Notes: generated by a model not told the origin, from the sequence alone. DNA of 64,000 nt from an uncultured Gemmatimonadaceae bacterium (GCA_963740355.1 CAVUDW010000003.1:1344001-1408000); one strand, 5' to 3'; positions 18,858-29,071 are shown, counted from the first letter of the stretch. Program-made: numbers and translations.

Positions 18858-19730
18858 TCACGGTAGCTGAGCGCGATACTGAACCGGATCTAGAATGCAG
18901 TTCAGCTCAAGAGCACCAGGCAGCACGAACAACTTCGGCGCTTCGCGGAACTTGAAAACTCGATAGAGCCGAAACTGCTCAGCGCGCTGAGAAGAGACCG
19001 TGACCTCGCGCCGGCTCGCGAAGAACGGCATCATCGCGCCAAAACTGGTTGTCTTCACCTCAATGAGCCGCTCCATGCCGTCAAGCTCGAACGACACAAT
19101 ATCGTAGCCCAATCCGTCGCCCTGAGTCCGCGAAACGTGCTCGATTCTATTTGCGAGGTGGTGACGTCCTGCTTGCCTCAGCCTTCTGTCCTCAATCTCC
19201 ATAACGAATTCCTCACCCGCGTCACCTAGAGAGCGGTTTCTCGCTTCGCGCTCTGCATAGTCAACTCCAAGCAGTGGTGCGCGAGGCGCGGCTGGGTTTT
19301 CGTAACCCCTGTTCAGTGCAAATTTACGAACGGGTGCATCGACAAGGATATCGGTCAACTCACGATTGGAAAGACTCGCCGCGACGGGTGCACTTGCTAC
19401 AGCGTTCACGACTTGGACGAGCGCTGGGTTTGCTTCGAGCTGCGCTTCAATTTCTTCTCTGAGCAGCAACTGGTAATTTCCGCGAGGCTTGTAGCCATCT
19501 ATGAAGGGAAACCCCTGAGAGTAGAGAACAGCGCTAATGTTCGCATGCTTGAATTCAATTGCTCCAGCAGACCTTCCATTCAATCTTTTTTGTAGATTGC
19601 GATTGTGTTCTGTCTTGCTATACCGCTCTCCGCGCAGTTCGCAGCCCAGCATTACGAAGTAATCGGCGACAGTCAAGGCGTCTTCGACGGCAGACCAGTT
19701 TCGCTGGAAGGGCAACGCACCTGAGCTCAT
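18858..19730 (-). CDS. DUF3883-like PD-(D/E)xK endonuclease
   Basis: LGDAGEEFV, HVSRTQGDGLGYDIVSF, LIEVKTT; N-terminal IEFKHANISAVL domain. Confidence 0.8.
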   Translation of the reverse strand: MSSGALPFQRNWSAVEDALTVADYFVMLGCELRGERYSKTEHNRNLQKRLNGRSAGAIEFKHANISAVLYSQGFPFIDGYKPRGNYQLLLREEIEAQLEANPALVQVVNAVASAPVAASLSNRELTDILVDAPVRKFALNRGYENPAAPRAPLLGVDYAEREARNRSLGDAGEEFVMEIEDRRLRQAGRHHLANRIEHVSRTQGDGLGYDIVSFELDGMERLIEVKTTSFGAMMPFFASRREVTVSSQRAEQFRLYRVFKFREAPKLFVLPGALELNCILDPVQYRAQLP

Positions 19731-19787
19731 ACCAACCAGCTGATCGAAGTCAAGTTGGCTTCTCGCAAGTAGTACCTGAACACTGCT

Positions 19788-20870
19788 CTAACTCGCCGCG
19801 CTCGAGTAGCCCTGCGCGATCTGGCGCAGCCGCTCGGCATGCAAATGGATATCGTCAACGGATTCCAACACTTCACGTTCTTCTTCGCGCTTCTCGTTGA
19901 TGAAGCCGATCGCGAGCTTCTGCGGATTGTTGAAGCGAAGCCGACAGATTGGCTTTCGATTGTTGTCGTCCAGCAGAATTGCGCAGTAACTCTGCGCATC
20001 GCGCATGAATACTCGCTTCGGGCTTACAACGCCGCGAAGTATCGAGCGGACAATATGAAAACCTTCAAGCTCCTCTGCCGACGTTACCACCTGAGTGTCG
20101 TCTGCGGCGACAACAGCGGCCGCGACCGGAGTTGGATCCACCACGGTGACAGACTCTGGCGCCATGGCACCCTTCAATCGTTCGTTGATGCGCTCGCCGA
20201 CGAGTTGCTCGAACGCGCGCTTCGTTATGCCTGTAAACTGATCCCGCAGAGCAGTCGTGAATCGGCGCGCGCCGATCAATTCTGAAGCCACGAGCCGGAC
20301 GAATTCCTCAGATGGCGCTGCCATCAGCTCGGCCAATCGATTCTGGATGGCGCGCGTGTACTTCAGATCGTTGGCAGTTGTCAGGATAGTGTCGAGGTCA
20401 AAAGCAGACTTGGCGAACTTTTTCAGCTCGTCGATATCCCGATCCCTGAAATCGAGAATGTTGAATTCGAAGAATGGCTTCTCGTCCATCTTGTTCGGCT
20501 GCTCCAAATCGGTGAAGAACCGATACGTGAGCCCGTTTGTCAGGACACCGAAACGCGCCGCGGTGACATGGAAGTACCGAAAGAGCTGACTGGCGTGATT
20601 GATGCTCAGGTCTCCTCCGCACTTCTTGCACTCGAACAGGATGATCGGCTTGCCGTCCTTCAACACAGCATAGTCGACCTTTTCGCCTTTCTTCGTGCCT
20701 ACATCAGCTATCAGCTCTGGCGTGACCTCCATCGGGTCGAAAACATTGTATCCGAGTATCTGAATGAACGGCATGACCATGGCATTCTTGGTCGCCTCCT
20801 CGGTACTGATCATCGCCTTCGTGCTTTCAATACGTGTAGCCAACACGCGAAGCTCGTCGATGAAATCCAT
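19788..20870 (-). CDS. Stand-alone type I restriction HsdR N-terminal-like nuclease protein
   Basis: TEEATK, LGYNVFDP.EV.PE, KVDYA, ILFECK, QLFRYF, LTNGLTYRFF; no helicase motifs; purine-rich ribosome-binding site before the ATG at 20870. Confidence 0.8.
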   Translation of the reverse strand: MDFIDELRVLATRIESTKAMISTEEATKNAMVMPFIQILGYNVFDPMEVTPELIADVGTKKGEKVDYAVLKDGKPIILFECKKCGGDLSINHASQLFRYFHVTAARFGVLTNGLTYRFFTDLEQPNKMDEKPFFEFNILDFRDRDIDELKKFAKSAFDLDTILTTANDLKYTRAIQNRLAELMAAPSEEFVRLVASELIGARRFTTALRDQFTGITKRAFEQLVGERINERLKGAMAPESVTVVDPTPVAAAVVAADDTQVVTSAEELEGFHIVRSILRGVVSPKRVFMRDAQSYCAILLDDNNRKPICRLRFNNPQKLAIGFINEKREEEREVLESVDDIHLHAERLRQIAQGYSSAAS

Positions 20871-21094
20871 GTCTTCTATCCCTTTCGTGGAACGTGAGCC
20901 TGTTAAGCAATTGGGCATGCGCTGCGATATATCACGGATGCCATGGGCACCAAAACCGCCCGCCAAACTGGAGACAGACCCGAATTCGACGTTTTCTGAA
21001 CTAAACGCCGAACGCGAAGTCTGTCACTGCCCAGCCTGACTGCTCGCAGCCAGCTGCTCTCAAGCTGTAAGGGGGTACTGACACCCCGGCCCGC

Positions 21095-22933
21095 TTACCC
21101 CCTCACGACCCCACTCCCCGCCCCCACCGCCGTCGGATCTTCCCCGGGATTGATAAACCGATCCGTCTCGATGTGATGCTGCCGCTCGTACAGCTCCCGA
21201 TACCGCCCCGAATGCGCCAGCAACTGCTGGTGCGTCCCCCGCTCCACGATCTCCCCCTGCTCCAGCACCAGGATCTGATCCGCCGAGGTAATGGTCGAAA
21301 GCCGATGCGCGATCACGAACGTGGTCCGACCCGCACGCAGCCGGCGCAGCCCTTCCTGGATCAACTGCTCACTCTCTGAGTCGAGCGACGACGTCGCTTC
21401 ATCGAGAATCAGGATCCGCGGATCCGCCAGAATCGCCCGCGCGATCGCCACCCGCTGCCGCTGCCCGCCGCTCAACTTCACGCCGCGCTCACCAACGATC
21501 GTATCGAAGCCGTCAGGAAACCGGCTCACGAATTCATCGACATACGCGATCTTCGCCACATCCTCGACGCTCTCCTTGCTGGCATCAGGACGGGTGAAGG
21601 CGATGTTCTCGCGCACGGTGCCGTCGAACAGGAAGTTGTCCTGCAGCACGACGCCCAGGTGACGGCGATACTCGTGCAGCTTGAGGTCGGACAACGGCTT
21701 GCCGTCGATCGTGATTTCGCCCTTCACCGGCGAGGCGAAGGCCATCACCAGCGAGATCAACGTGCTCTTGCCACCTCCGCTGCTGCCGACGAGCGCCGTC
21801 GTGGTGCCGGCGGGCGCCTCGAAGCTGACACCCTTCAGCACCGGCACGCCGGGCTCGTACTCGAACCACACATCCGAGAACTTCACGCTGCCCTGGACGG
21901 TCGGTACGGACTGCTTGCTGGCGTCTTCCTGGTCCTCGGTCTTCATGTCGCGCAATTCGCGAATGCGATCCAAGCCGGCCAGCGCTTCCGTCAGCTGCGT
22001 ACCGATGCTCGCGATGCTGACGAGCGGCGCGGCGACGAGGCCGATGAAGAAGATGTACATCACCAAGCCACCGGTGGTCATCTTGCCCGACAACACATCG
22101 CGACCACCCATCATCATCAGCAACACACCCAGCGCACCGATGATCGCGACCGACAAGGCAGCCGTAGCCGAGGTGCCGGTGATGGTGGCGGCGATGTTCT
22201 TGAACAACCGATCGACACCGGCGGCGAAGACTTCGCGCTCGCGATTCTCGGCGGTGTAGACCTTCACGATGCGGATGCCGCCAATCGTTTCCGTCAGGCG
22301 ACCGGTCACGTCGGCGGTGATCACGCTCCGCTCACGGAAGATCGGACGCAGCTTCTTGAACGCGATCGACATGCCGACGCCGAAGATCGACAGGAACACC
22401 ACGGTGGCCAGCGTCAGCTTCCAGTTGAGGTAGAACAGCACCCCGACCGCGGCCGTCGCCGTCACCAGTCCGCCCACGAGCTGAATCAGCCCGGTGCCGA
22501 CGAGATTGCGAATGCCTTCGGGGTCGTTCATCACCCGACTGACGAGCACACCACTCTTGGTGCTGTCGAAGAAGCGCACCGGCAACCGAATCAGGTGCGA
22601 CTGCACATCCTCGCGCAGCTTCGCAATCGCCTGCTGCGCGGCCACGCTCACGACCTGCGACAGCGAGTACGACGTGATGGCCTGGATCACCGTCGCGATG
22701 AAGGCGGCGATCGCAATCTTCGGCAGCAGCTCGGCGTTGCCCTTGCCGAGGACTTCGTCGATCAGGTATTTGGAGCTCGCCGGCAGCACCAACCCGGCCG
22801 CTCGACTGATGAGCATGAGCCCCAGCCCGATCCCCACCGACCGGCGGTAGGTCCAGATGAGTGCGCGGGCCTCGGCCCAGGCGCGCTTGCTGTCGAACTT
22901 GGGCTTCTTCGGATCTTTCGCTGGGGTCGCCAT
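21095..22933 (-). CDS. ABC exporter, fused permease/ATPase (MsbA-like)
   Basis: N-terminal transmembrane domain; GSSGGGKS, LSGGQRQR, ILDEATS, IAHRLST. Confidence 0.92.
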   Translation of the reverse strand: MATPAKDPKKPKFDSKRAWAEARALIWTYRRSVGIGLGLMLISRAAGLVLPASSKYLIDEVLGKGNAELLPKIAIAAFIATVIQAITSYSLSQVVSVAAQQAIAKLREDVQSHLIRLPVRFFDSTKSGVLVSRVMNDPEGIRNLVGTGLIQLVGGLVTATAAVGVLFYLNWKLTLATVVFLSIFGVGMSIAFKKLRPIFRERSVITADVTGRLTETIGGIRIVKVYTAENREREVFAAGVDRLFKNIAATITGTSATAALSVAIIGALGVLLMMMGGRDVLSGKMTTGGLVMYIFFIGLVAAPLVSIASIGTQLTEALAGLDRIRELRDMKTEDQEDASKQSVPTVQGSVKFSDVWFEYEPGVPVLKGVSFEAPAGTTTALVGSSGGGKSTLISLVMAFASPVKGEITIDGKPLSDLKLHEYRRHLGVVLQDNFLFDGTVRENIAFTRPDASKESVEDVAKIAYVDEFVSRFPDGFDTIVGERGVKLSGGQRQRVAIARAILADPRILILDEATSSLDSESEQLIQEGLRRLRAGRTTFVIAHRLSTITSADQILVLEQGEIVERGTHQQLLAHSGRYRELYERQHHIETDRFINPGEDPTAVGAGSGVVRG

Positions 22934-23031
22934 CCGCCAAAACTAGCCACCCCCAAACTCCCCCGCCTCCTCACCATTCGGCCGGCCCAGCGCCTCGCCA
23001 CAACTGATATCGCAGGCGCAACAGGAGGAGA

Positions 23032-23228
23032 GCAAAACGCAGAGACGCAAAGACGCAGAGGGTTCGCTCGCGATTGCTGGCACTGCTGCGCGGGCTGAAC
23101 AGCAAACACAGGGTGAACTGCTCTCGCCTTGGCAGTTCCCAAAGCCTCTCAAAATCCCTCAGGCATTCGTCGGCGACCGCCATCGGCGCAGGGCCCTCTG
23201 CGCCTCCGCGTTTCGCAGTGGCAGTTCA
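23032..23228. repeat. Palindromic element family A, copy 2
   Basis: GCAAAACGCAGAGACGCAAAGACGCAGAGGG / CCCTCTGCGCCTCCGCGTTTCGC arms; centre GAACTGC...GCAGTTCCCAAAGC. Confidence 0.8.
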
Positions 23229-24167
23229 AACGACGACAGGCGAAGACCGCAGCTGCGCGAAGAGGTCGATGAGGAGCGCTTCCTGGAGGACGGTGCGCAA
23301 CGGTCCGGTCGCTGTGGTCTTCCAGCGGACCAGGCGGAGGGTGCCGTCCTGGATTTCCATGCCGGTGATGTCGCCGTCGGCGAACTTGCAGCAGCCGGTG
23401 TTGAAGTAGGCGGGGAGGCTGCCGGGGGCGTGTTGCTGCTCCTTCGTGCGACCAGCCCACACCGGGCGATGCGTGTGGCCGACGATCAGCATCATCTTCT
23501 CCTGCTCGGCCGCCCAATCGTACATGATCAGGTCGTGTTCACCGCGCAGCGCCTCGTCCTGTGACGGAAGGTCGATGCCACCGAACCAGCTCACACCGAA
23601 ACGGTTCTGCATGAAGCGATAGAACTGCAGCGCCCAGCGCGAGAAGAACTTGAAGCGATCGGAACCCAGGGTGCCCTGATGCCCATGCGTCAGGAACAAT
23701 GTGCCGATTTTCGCGTCGCCATCGCGGATGCTGAGCCGGACCCCTTCCCAGACGCGGCGCAGGCCAATGCCGGGCGCGTATGCGCGCAGCTCGAGGGCCA
23801 CCAGCATCTCCTCCATCCAGCGATCGTCGTGGTTGCCCCAGACACGCAGGTACCGGTGATCACCAAATGCCGCTTCCGCTTCCAGCACCGGGCGGTGGGC
23901 CTTCACCACTTCGCGGATGTCGTTCTCCCACAACTCCTCCACGTCGCCCAGCAGCACCAGCCGGAAGCCCGCCGAGTTGTAATACGAGAGGGCCGACATG
24001 TACGACGGCACACAGGCCATGAACTCGTCGGCGTGATCGCCGGCGCCCTTGTGCTGATCGGAGAAGATGATCCAGGGCTCGTGGCCGCGAACGTCCAGCG
24101 CCGTGCGCCAGGTGAAGAAGCCCGAGATGGCACGATCGAGGCCCTTTCGGACCGCCCGTTCATTCAT
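23226..24167 (-). CDS. Metallophosphoesterase
   Basis: SDQH, LGDVEE, WGNHD, THGH, GHTH, NTG motifs. Confidence 0.85.
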   Translation of the reverse strand: MNERAVRKGLDRAISGFFTWRTALDVRGHEPWIIFSDQHKGAGDHADEFMACVPSYMSALSYYNSAGFRLVLLGDVEELWENDIREVVKAHRPVLEAEAAFGDHRYLRVWGNHDDRWMEEMLVALELRAYAPGIGLRRVWEGVRLSIRDGDAKIGTLFLTHGHQGTLGSDRFKFFSRWALQFYRFMQNRFGVSWFGGIDLPSQDEALRGEHDLIMYDWAAEQEKMMLIVGHTHRPVWAGRTKEQQHAPGSLPAYFNTGCCKFADGDITGMEIQDGTLRLVRWKTTATGPLRTVLQEALLIDLFAQLRSSPVVV

Positions 24168-24363
24168 GCGAAGCCGCTGATACGGTAGTCATTCAGCGCG
24201 CAGGCTAACGCGGCTGCGGGGGGAATGGAACGCCGGGCTCGGCTTGTGCATCTCACAGACAGTGACGGGGGTAGTACTTTGCTCCCGTCCGATACGCCTC
24301 GATCCGATCTCCCGCGGGAGGCCGTGTGTCGAGATCCGTTCACCGACGATCAACGTAGAATTC

Positions 24364-25011
24364 ATGCCAGAGCTTGATTCTGACACAGCCCATCCCGAGC
24401 CGAGCGGCGCCCCAGCGGTGCCGTTGCGGTCACGGACCTCGGAGGATGCCGCGCAGGATGCGGCCATCGTCCGGCGCATGGCTGAGGGAGATGAGTCAGC
24501 GCTCGGCGCTCTATATGATCGCTGGTCGGATGGGGTTCACACCCTCGTCGTGCGGATCGTTCGCGACGAGGCTGAAGCGGAGGAAGTGGTGGAGGCAGTG
24601 TTCTGGCAGGCGTGGCAGCAGGCAGGGCGATACACGGGTGACCGTGGGACGCCTGGCGCGTGGCTGCTGGCGATGGCACGCAGTCGATCGCTCGATCGCT
24701 TGCGCACGCTGCGCCGTCGTCGCGATGAACCGGCCGCCGATGATTCGATCTTTGCCAACCAGCCGGCAATCGGTGATCCGCTCTCCGATCTCGATGCCAG
24801 CGATCGCGCCGGGCGCGTGGTCGCCGCACTGCAAGAACTCCCTCCGGAACAACGTCAGGTGCTCGAACTCGCCTATTTCGAAGGGTTGAGCCAGACAGAG
24901 ATCGCGGAGCGACTCGATCAACCCCTTGGCACCATCAAGACGCGTGCGCGCCTCGCGTTGCGGAAGATGCGTGACCGCCTGGAAGTGCTGCGCGAGGAGA
25001 TGGCATCATGA
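24364..25011 (+). CDS. ECF sigma factor (SigK-like)
   Basis: GDESALGALYDR, AEEVV..VFWQAW, LAYFEGLSQTEIA..L..PLGTIKTR. Confidence 0.9.
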   Translation: MPELDSDTAHPEPSGAPAVPLRSRTSEDAAQDAAIVRRMAEGDESALGALYDRWSDGVHTLVVRIVRDEAEAEEVVEAVFWQAWQQAGRYTGDRGTPGAWLLAMARSRSLDRLRTLRRRRDEPAADDSIFANQPAIGDPLSDLDASDRAGRVVAALQELPPEQRQVLELAYFEGLSQTEIAERLDQPLGTIKTRARLALRKMRDRLEVLREEMAS

Positions 25012-26012
25012 ATACGCCACTCACACACGACGAAGCTTTTGCGATGTTGCCGGAACTTGCCTTGGGCATGCTTCCGGCCGACGAAGCCGCACGCGTGATG
25101 GAGGTCGTCCGCACTTCAGTTGAGTGCCAGGCCGAACTCGCGTCACTGCGCGCCACTGCTGGAGCGCTGGCGTCGTCCGCGCCTTCAGCACCGATGAATC
25201 CTGCCCGCAAGTCAGCGCTTCGTGATCGTCTGGTCGCTCGTGCAGTCGCCAGTGCGGCCTCGGATGCCACCGGCAGCGCCGATTCGATCGCACCAGTGCT
25301 CGACGTCCCGACGGTTGCGGTACCGACGCCGGCGTCTTCACCGGCGCTCCGTCTCGACGCGCCCGCGCTGAAAGCTGTTCCGAATGCCGTGCCAACGCCC
25401 GCAGCCAGCGAGCCGACCACGGCGCCGAAGGTGCGCAGCATCGACAGCGGGCGTTCTTCACAAGCCGCTGCTTCATCAAGCGGCGCCGGTCGTTTCGTGC
25501 CGTGGTTCGCAGCAGCGGCCAGCCTCGGCTTCGCGCTGATGCAGTTCCGCGCCAACGGTGCGCTAGTGGCCGAGCGTGATGCGGCGCAGGTGGCACTCAA
25601 GTCAGCCACTGCCAGCACCACGCAGCTCGCATCGCAGTTGGCGTCGAGCGACAGCCTGGTGGCAGCGATGACCGGCGCGCAGGTGCGTGTGGTCGAACTG
25701 GCGTCCACGGCCAAGCTGCCGCCCGGGGCTCGCATGTTCTGGGATCGTCTCACCAACCGCTGGACGCTGATCACGCACGACCTGACGCCAGCGCAGGCGG
25801 GTCGCACCTACCAGCTCTGGCTGGTGACGGCGAAGTCGGAGAAGATCAGCGCTGGCACGTTCAACACCGACGCCAAGGGTCGCGCCGTGGTGCAGGCGAC
25901 CTATGCGCTGGCCGAAGCCGACCTGGCAGCGATCGCAATCACCGAGGAACCGACCGGTGGCTCACCGCAGCCGACGGGGACGATCCTGGTTGCGGGCGCA
26001 CCGACGCGCTGA
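25008..26012 (+). CDS. Anti-sigma factor, RskA-like
   Basis: ATGA overlap with the sigma gene; single transmembrane helix; YQLWL and ITEEPTGGSPQPTG. Confidence 0.85.
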   Translation: MNTPLTHDEAFAMLPELALGMLPADEAARVMEVVRTSVECQAELASLRATAGALASSAPSAPMNPARKSALRDRLVARAVASAASDATGSADSIAPVLDVPTVAVPTPASSPALRLDAPALKAVPNAVPTPAASEPTTAPKVRSIDSGRSSQAAASSSGAGRFVPWFAAAASLGFALMQFRANGALVAERDAAQVALKSATASTTQLASQLASSDSLVAAMTGAQVRVVELASTAKLPPGARMFWDRLTNRWTLITHDLTPAQAGRTYQLWLVTAKSEKISAGTFNTDAKGRAVVQATYALAEADLAAIAITEEPTGGSPQPTGTILVAGAPTR

Positions 26013-26015
26013 CCG

Positions 26016-26423
26016 ATGGCGATCGAAGACTTCGCCATCGGTCAGTCAGCGCAGTTGATCCGCACACTGAGTGAAGCCGACGTGATGGCGTTCGCGGAAC
26101 TGACGGGGGATTTCAATCCCGTCCATGTCGATGAAGCGGCCGCCCAGGCCTCGAGCTTTGGCGGCCGCATCGTGCACGGCATGCTCACGGCCAGCCTGCT
26201 TTCGACCGTGCTCGCGATGCAGCTCCCCGGCCCGGGCGCGATCTACCTCAGCCAGTCGGTGACATTCCTCCGTCCCGTCAAACTCGGCGACACCGTCACG
26301 GCGCGCGTCGAGATCACATCGATCGATGTTGCGAAGCGCCGCCTGACATTGGCGACGTCCGTGCTCAATGCGCGCGGCAAGGCCGTCATCTCTGGCGAAG
26401 CTTCGGTCCAAGTCGCGGGCTGA
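26016..26423 (+). CDS. MaoC-family (R)-specific enoyl-CoA hydratase
   Basis: TGDFNPVH.D, IVHGML, LPGPG, FLRPV. Confidence 0.9.
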   Translation: MAIEDFAIGQSAQLIRTLSEADVMAFAELTGDFNPVHVDEAAAQASSFGGRIVHGMLTASLLSTVLAMQLPGPGAIYLSQSVTFLRPVKLGDTVTARVEITSIDVAKRRLTLATSVLNARGKAVISGEASVQVAG

Positions 26424-26643
26424 ACTGCCACTGCAAAACGCAGAGGCAGAGAGACGCAGAGGCAGAGAGACGCAGAGGCTTCGCACGCGGCGGCAGACAT
26501 TTGCGCGCTCTTCGACAAAAAAGGCTTTGGGGAACTGCTCGCGCAGTTGCTGTTCCCAAAGCCTTTCAAGAATTTTCGTGCCTCACCAGCGAATGTCTGT
26601 GGCGCAGAACCCTCTGCGCCTTTGCGGCTCTGCGTTTCGCAGT
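26421..26643. repeat. Palindromic element family A, copy 3
   Basis: TGAACTGCCACTGCAAAACGCAGAG left arm with tandem 16-mer; centre AAAGGCTTTGGGGAAC...GTTCCCAAAGCCTTT; right arm CTCTGCGTTTCGCAGT. Confidence 0.85.
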
Positions 26644-26657
26644 CTTTGTCGCAGCGA

Positions 26658-27095
26658 TCAGGCCGTCGTGATCAGGTGCTCGACGGCGGATTGGACGGCG
26701 GCGAGGGCGGCGGCGTTCTTGAGGGCGCTGAAGCCGATGCGGAGTTTTTCGTCCGGCAGGAGCGGCTCGCGCATGTGGGCGTTGAGCATGTTGAGCAGCT
26801 TCTCACGGTCTTCCGGAGAGATCGACTTCGCCGCCTTCGGCACCAGCTCGAGGCGCGGCACATCCTGCCGACGGGGGGAGGCGCACCAGACGATCATCTT
26901 CGTGCCCACCTTCTCGAATGCGATCGTGCCCGGAGTGTCCTCTTCCTCCCGGAACTTCAGCAGCGTCGGATGCTTGTTGCTCCAGGCAATCAGGGCATCG
27001 AGCACCGCGATCAGCCGAGGCTGCTCCACGGCGTGGGTATCTCGGGCAATCGCCTTCACGAACTGTTCGCGGGCGGCAGGCAGCGTACGGGACAT
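26658..27095 (-). CDS. Hypothetical protein
   Basis: Globular-looking ORF of about 145 aa with host-like codon usage and a GAGGAG ribosome-binding site. Confidence 0.65.
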   Translation of the reverse strand: MSRTLPAAREQFVKAIARDTHAVEQPRLIAVLDALIAWSNKHPTLLKFREEEDTPGTIAFEKVGTKMIVWCASPRRQDVPRLELVPKAAKSISPEDREKLLNMLNAHMREPLLPDEKLRIGFSALKNAAALAAVQSAVEHLITTA

Positions 27096-27334
27096 CGGCA
27101 TTCTCCTCGTCGGTGCGTCGGCACTCGACAGGCGCCACAGCGGCACCCAGGAGTCTCTACGCCCTGCAAGCTAGCAGGTCCCGCACCAGACTGACGAATA
27201 TCTGAGAAGCGTATCTCACTAACAGCTGATACGTTTGCGCGTACTGGTTTGCATTGGCCACCGATCGAGGCCATTACTCAGGCGTTTCACCCACGCCTAA
27301 GCCTGCTGCGCTCCCCCCAGCCCGAGTCCGCCTG

Positions 27335-28993
27335 ATGCCGCGTTTTCGTGCACCCGTTTCGTTCGCCGTTGCTGCCCTGCTGTCCCTCAGCCCGCAGCTC
27401 CTCGCCGGTCAGGACACGACCACCATCGCGCCGGCGCCGTCCGCACCACGGGCCCCGCTCGACCCACGGATCGTCCGGCTGAAGGAAGAAGCCGCCACCA
27501 AGGTCGAGGCCCGCGCCAAGCTGATCCAGGAGATCATCGACCAGGTCTATTCCTATGGCGAGCTCGGCATGCAGGAGTTCGAAACATCCCGCTACCTGAC
27601 GGGCATCCTCGAGAAGAACGGCTTCACGATCCAGCGCAACGTCGCCGGCATGCCGACCGGTTGGGTCGCGCGCTGGGGCAGCGGCAAGCCGGTCATCTCG
27701 CTCGGCTCCGACATCGACGGCATTCCGCAGTCCAACCAGACGCCCGCCACCGCCTATCGCTCGTGGCAGGTGCAGGGCGCACCGGGGCATGGTGAAGGTC
27801 ACAACTCCGGCCAGGCCGTGAACATCGCGGCCGCGCTGGCGGTGAAGGAGATCATGATGCGCGACAAGATGCCCGGCACACTCGTGTTGTGGCCTGGTGT
27901 CGCGGAAGAAGCTGTCGCAGGCAAGGCGCACTTCGTTCGTGCCGGCGTCTTCAAGGATGTCGATGTCACGCTCTTCACCCACGTCGGCAACGACCTCGGT
28001 GTGACGTGGGGGCAGTCGTCGTCACTGGCGATCGTGTCGGCCGAGTTCCGATTCAAGGGACAGTCGGCACACGCCGCCGGCGCACCGTGGCGTGGCAAGA
28101 GTGCGCTCGACGCCGTGATGCTGATGGCACAGGGGTGGGAATTCCATCGCGAACACATGGAGCCGGGCCAGCGCTCGCACTACGTGATCAAGGATGGTGG
28201 TGACCAGCCGAACGTGGTGCCGAGCACGGCGTCGATCTGGTTCTACTTCCGCGAGCGTGACTATCAGCATGTGCAGGACATGTTCGAGGCCGGCAAGCGC
28301 ATCGCACGCGGCGCCGCGATGATGACCGAGACCACGCTCGACACCGTGGTGATCCTCGGTTCGGCCTGGCCCGGTCACTTCAGCAAGCCGGTCGCCGAAG
28401 CGATGCAGGCGAACATCGAGTCGGTCGGCCTGCCGAAGTGGGATGAGAACGACCAGGCGCTGGCGAAGGGTTTGCAGCGTGAACTCGGTGTGGCGCAGAA
28501 CGGTCTCGTGACGCAGGTGCGTCCGCTGCAGGGTCCGGCTCTGAGCCTGGTGGCATTCGGCGGTGGCAGCGACGACATCGGTGACGTGAGCTGGAACGTG
28601 CCGACGATCACGCTGCGATACCCGTCGAACATTCCGGGCACGCCAGGCCACAACTGGGCCAACGGTATCGCGATGGCCACGCCGATCGCCCACAAGGGTG
28701 CAGTGGCCGGCGCGAAGGTGCAGGCGATGACGTTGATCGACCTGCTGACGCAGCCGAAGATCGTGGCCGATGCCTGGACCTACTTCAACGACGTGCAGAC
28801 GAAGACGATCAAGTACGTCTCGTTCCTTGGCCCGAACGATGGACCGCCGACGTGGCTGAATGCCGAGATCATGGCGCGGTACCGTCCGGAAATGAAGAAG
28901 CTGTATTACGACTCGAGCAAGTTCCGCACGTACCTCGAGCAGCTCGGTGTGGCGTATCCGACGGTGAAGCCGCCGACGAACCCGGTGCCGTAA
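27335..28993 (+). CDS. Exported M20 amidohydrolase (AbgB-like)
   Basis: Signal peptide; GHGEGHN, GVAEE, SAHA...PW.G.SALD, DQPNVVP, GSDDIGDVSW. Confidence 0.85.
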   Translation: MPRFRAPVSFAVAALLSLSPQLLAGQDTTTIAPAPSAPRAPLDPRIVRLKEEAATKVEARAKLIQEIIDQVYSYGELGMQEFETSRYLTGILEKNGFTIQRNVAGMPTGWVARWGSGKPVISLGSDIDGIPQSNQTPATAYRSWQVQGAPGHGEGHNSGQAVNIAAALAVKEIMMRDKMPGTLVLWPGVAEEAVAGKAHFVRAGVFKDVDVTLFTHVGNDLGVTWGQSSSLAIVSAEFRFKGQSAHAAGAPWRGKSALDAVMLMAQGWEFHREHMEPGQRSHYVIKDGGDQPNVVPSTASIWFYFRERDYQHVQDMFEAGKRIARGAAMMTETTLDTVVILGSAWPGHFSKPVAEAMQANIESVGLPKWDENDQALAKGLQRELGVAQNGLVTQVRPLQGPALSLVAFGGGSDDIGDVSWNVPTITLRYPSNIPGTPGHNWANGIAMATPIAHKGAVAGAKVQAMTLIDLLTQPKIVADAWTYFNDVQTKTIKYVSFLGPNDGPPTWLNAEIMARYRPEMKKLYYDSSKFRTYLEQLGVAYPTVKPPTNPVP

Positions 28994-29015
28994 GACCGTT
29001 TCAAGAGTGAACACA

Positions 29016-29060
29016 ACGAGGGGCCCGATGCCACGCTGCGCATCGGGCCCCTCGTCGTTT
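29016..29060. terminator. Intrinsic terminator between convergent genes
   Basis: 16-bp arms ACGAGGGGCCCGATGC / GCATCGGGCCCCTCGT, then CGTTT. Confidence 0.75.
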
Positions 29061-29071
29061 CAGCAATCGGT

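Noticed and set aside
14950..21090. Prophage, integrative element or complete type I restriction-modification system
   Set aside because: No integrase, att repeats, tRNA, phage genes, hsdM or hsdS were seen.
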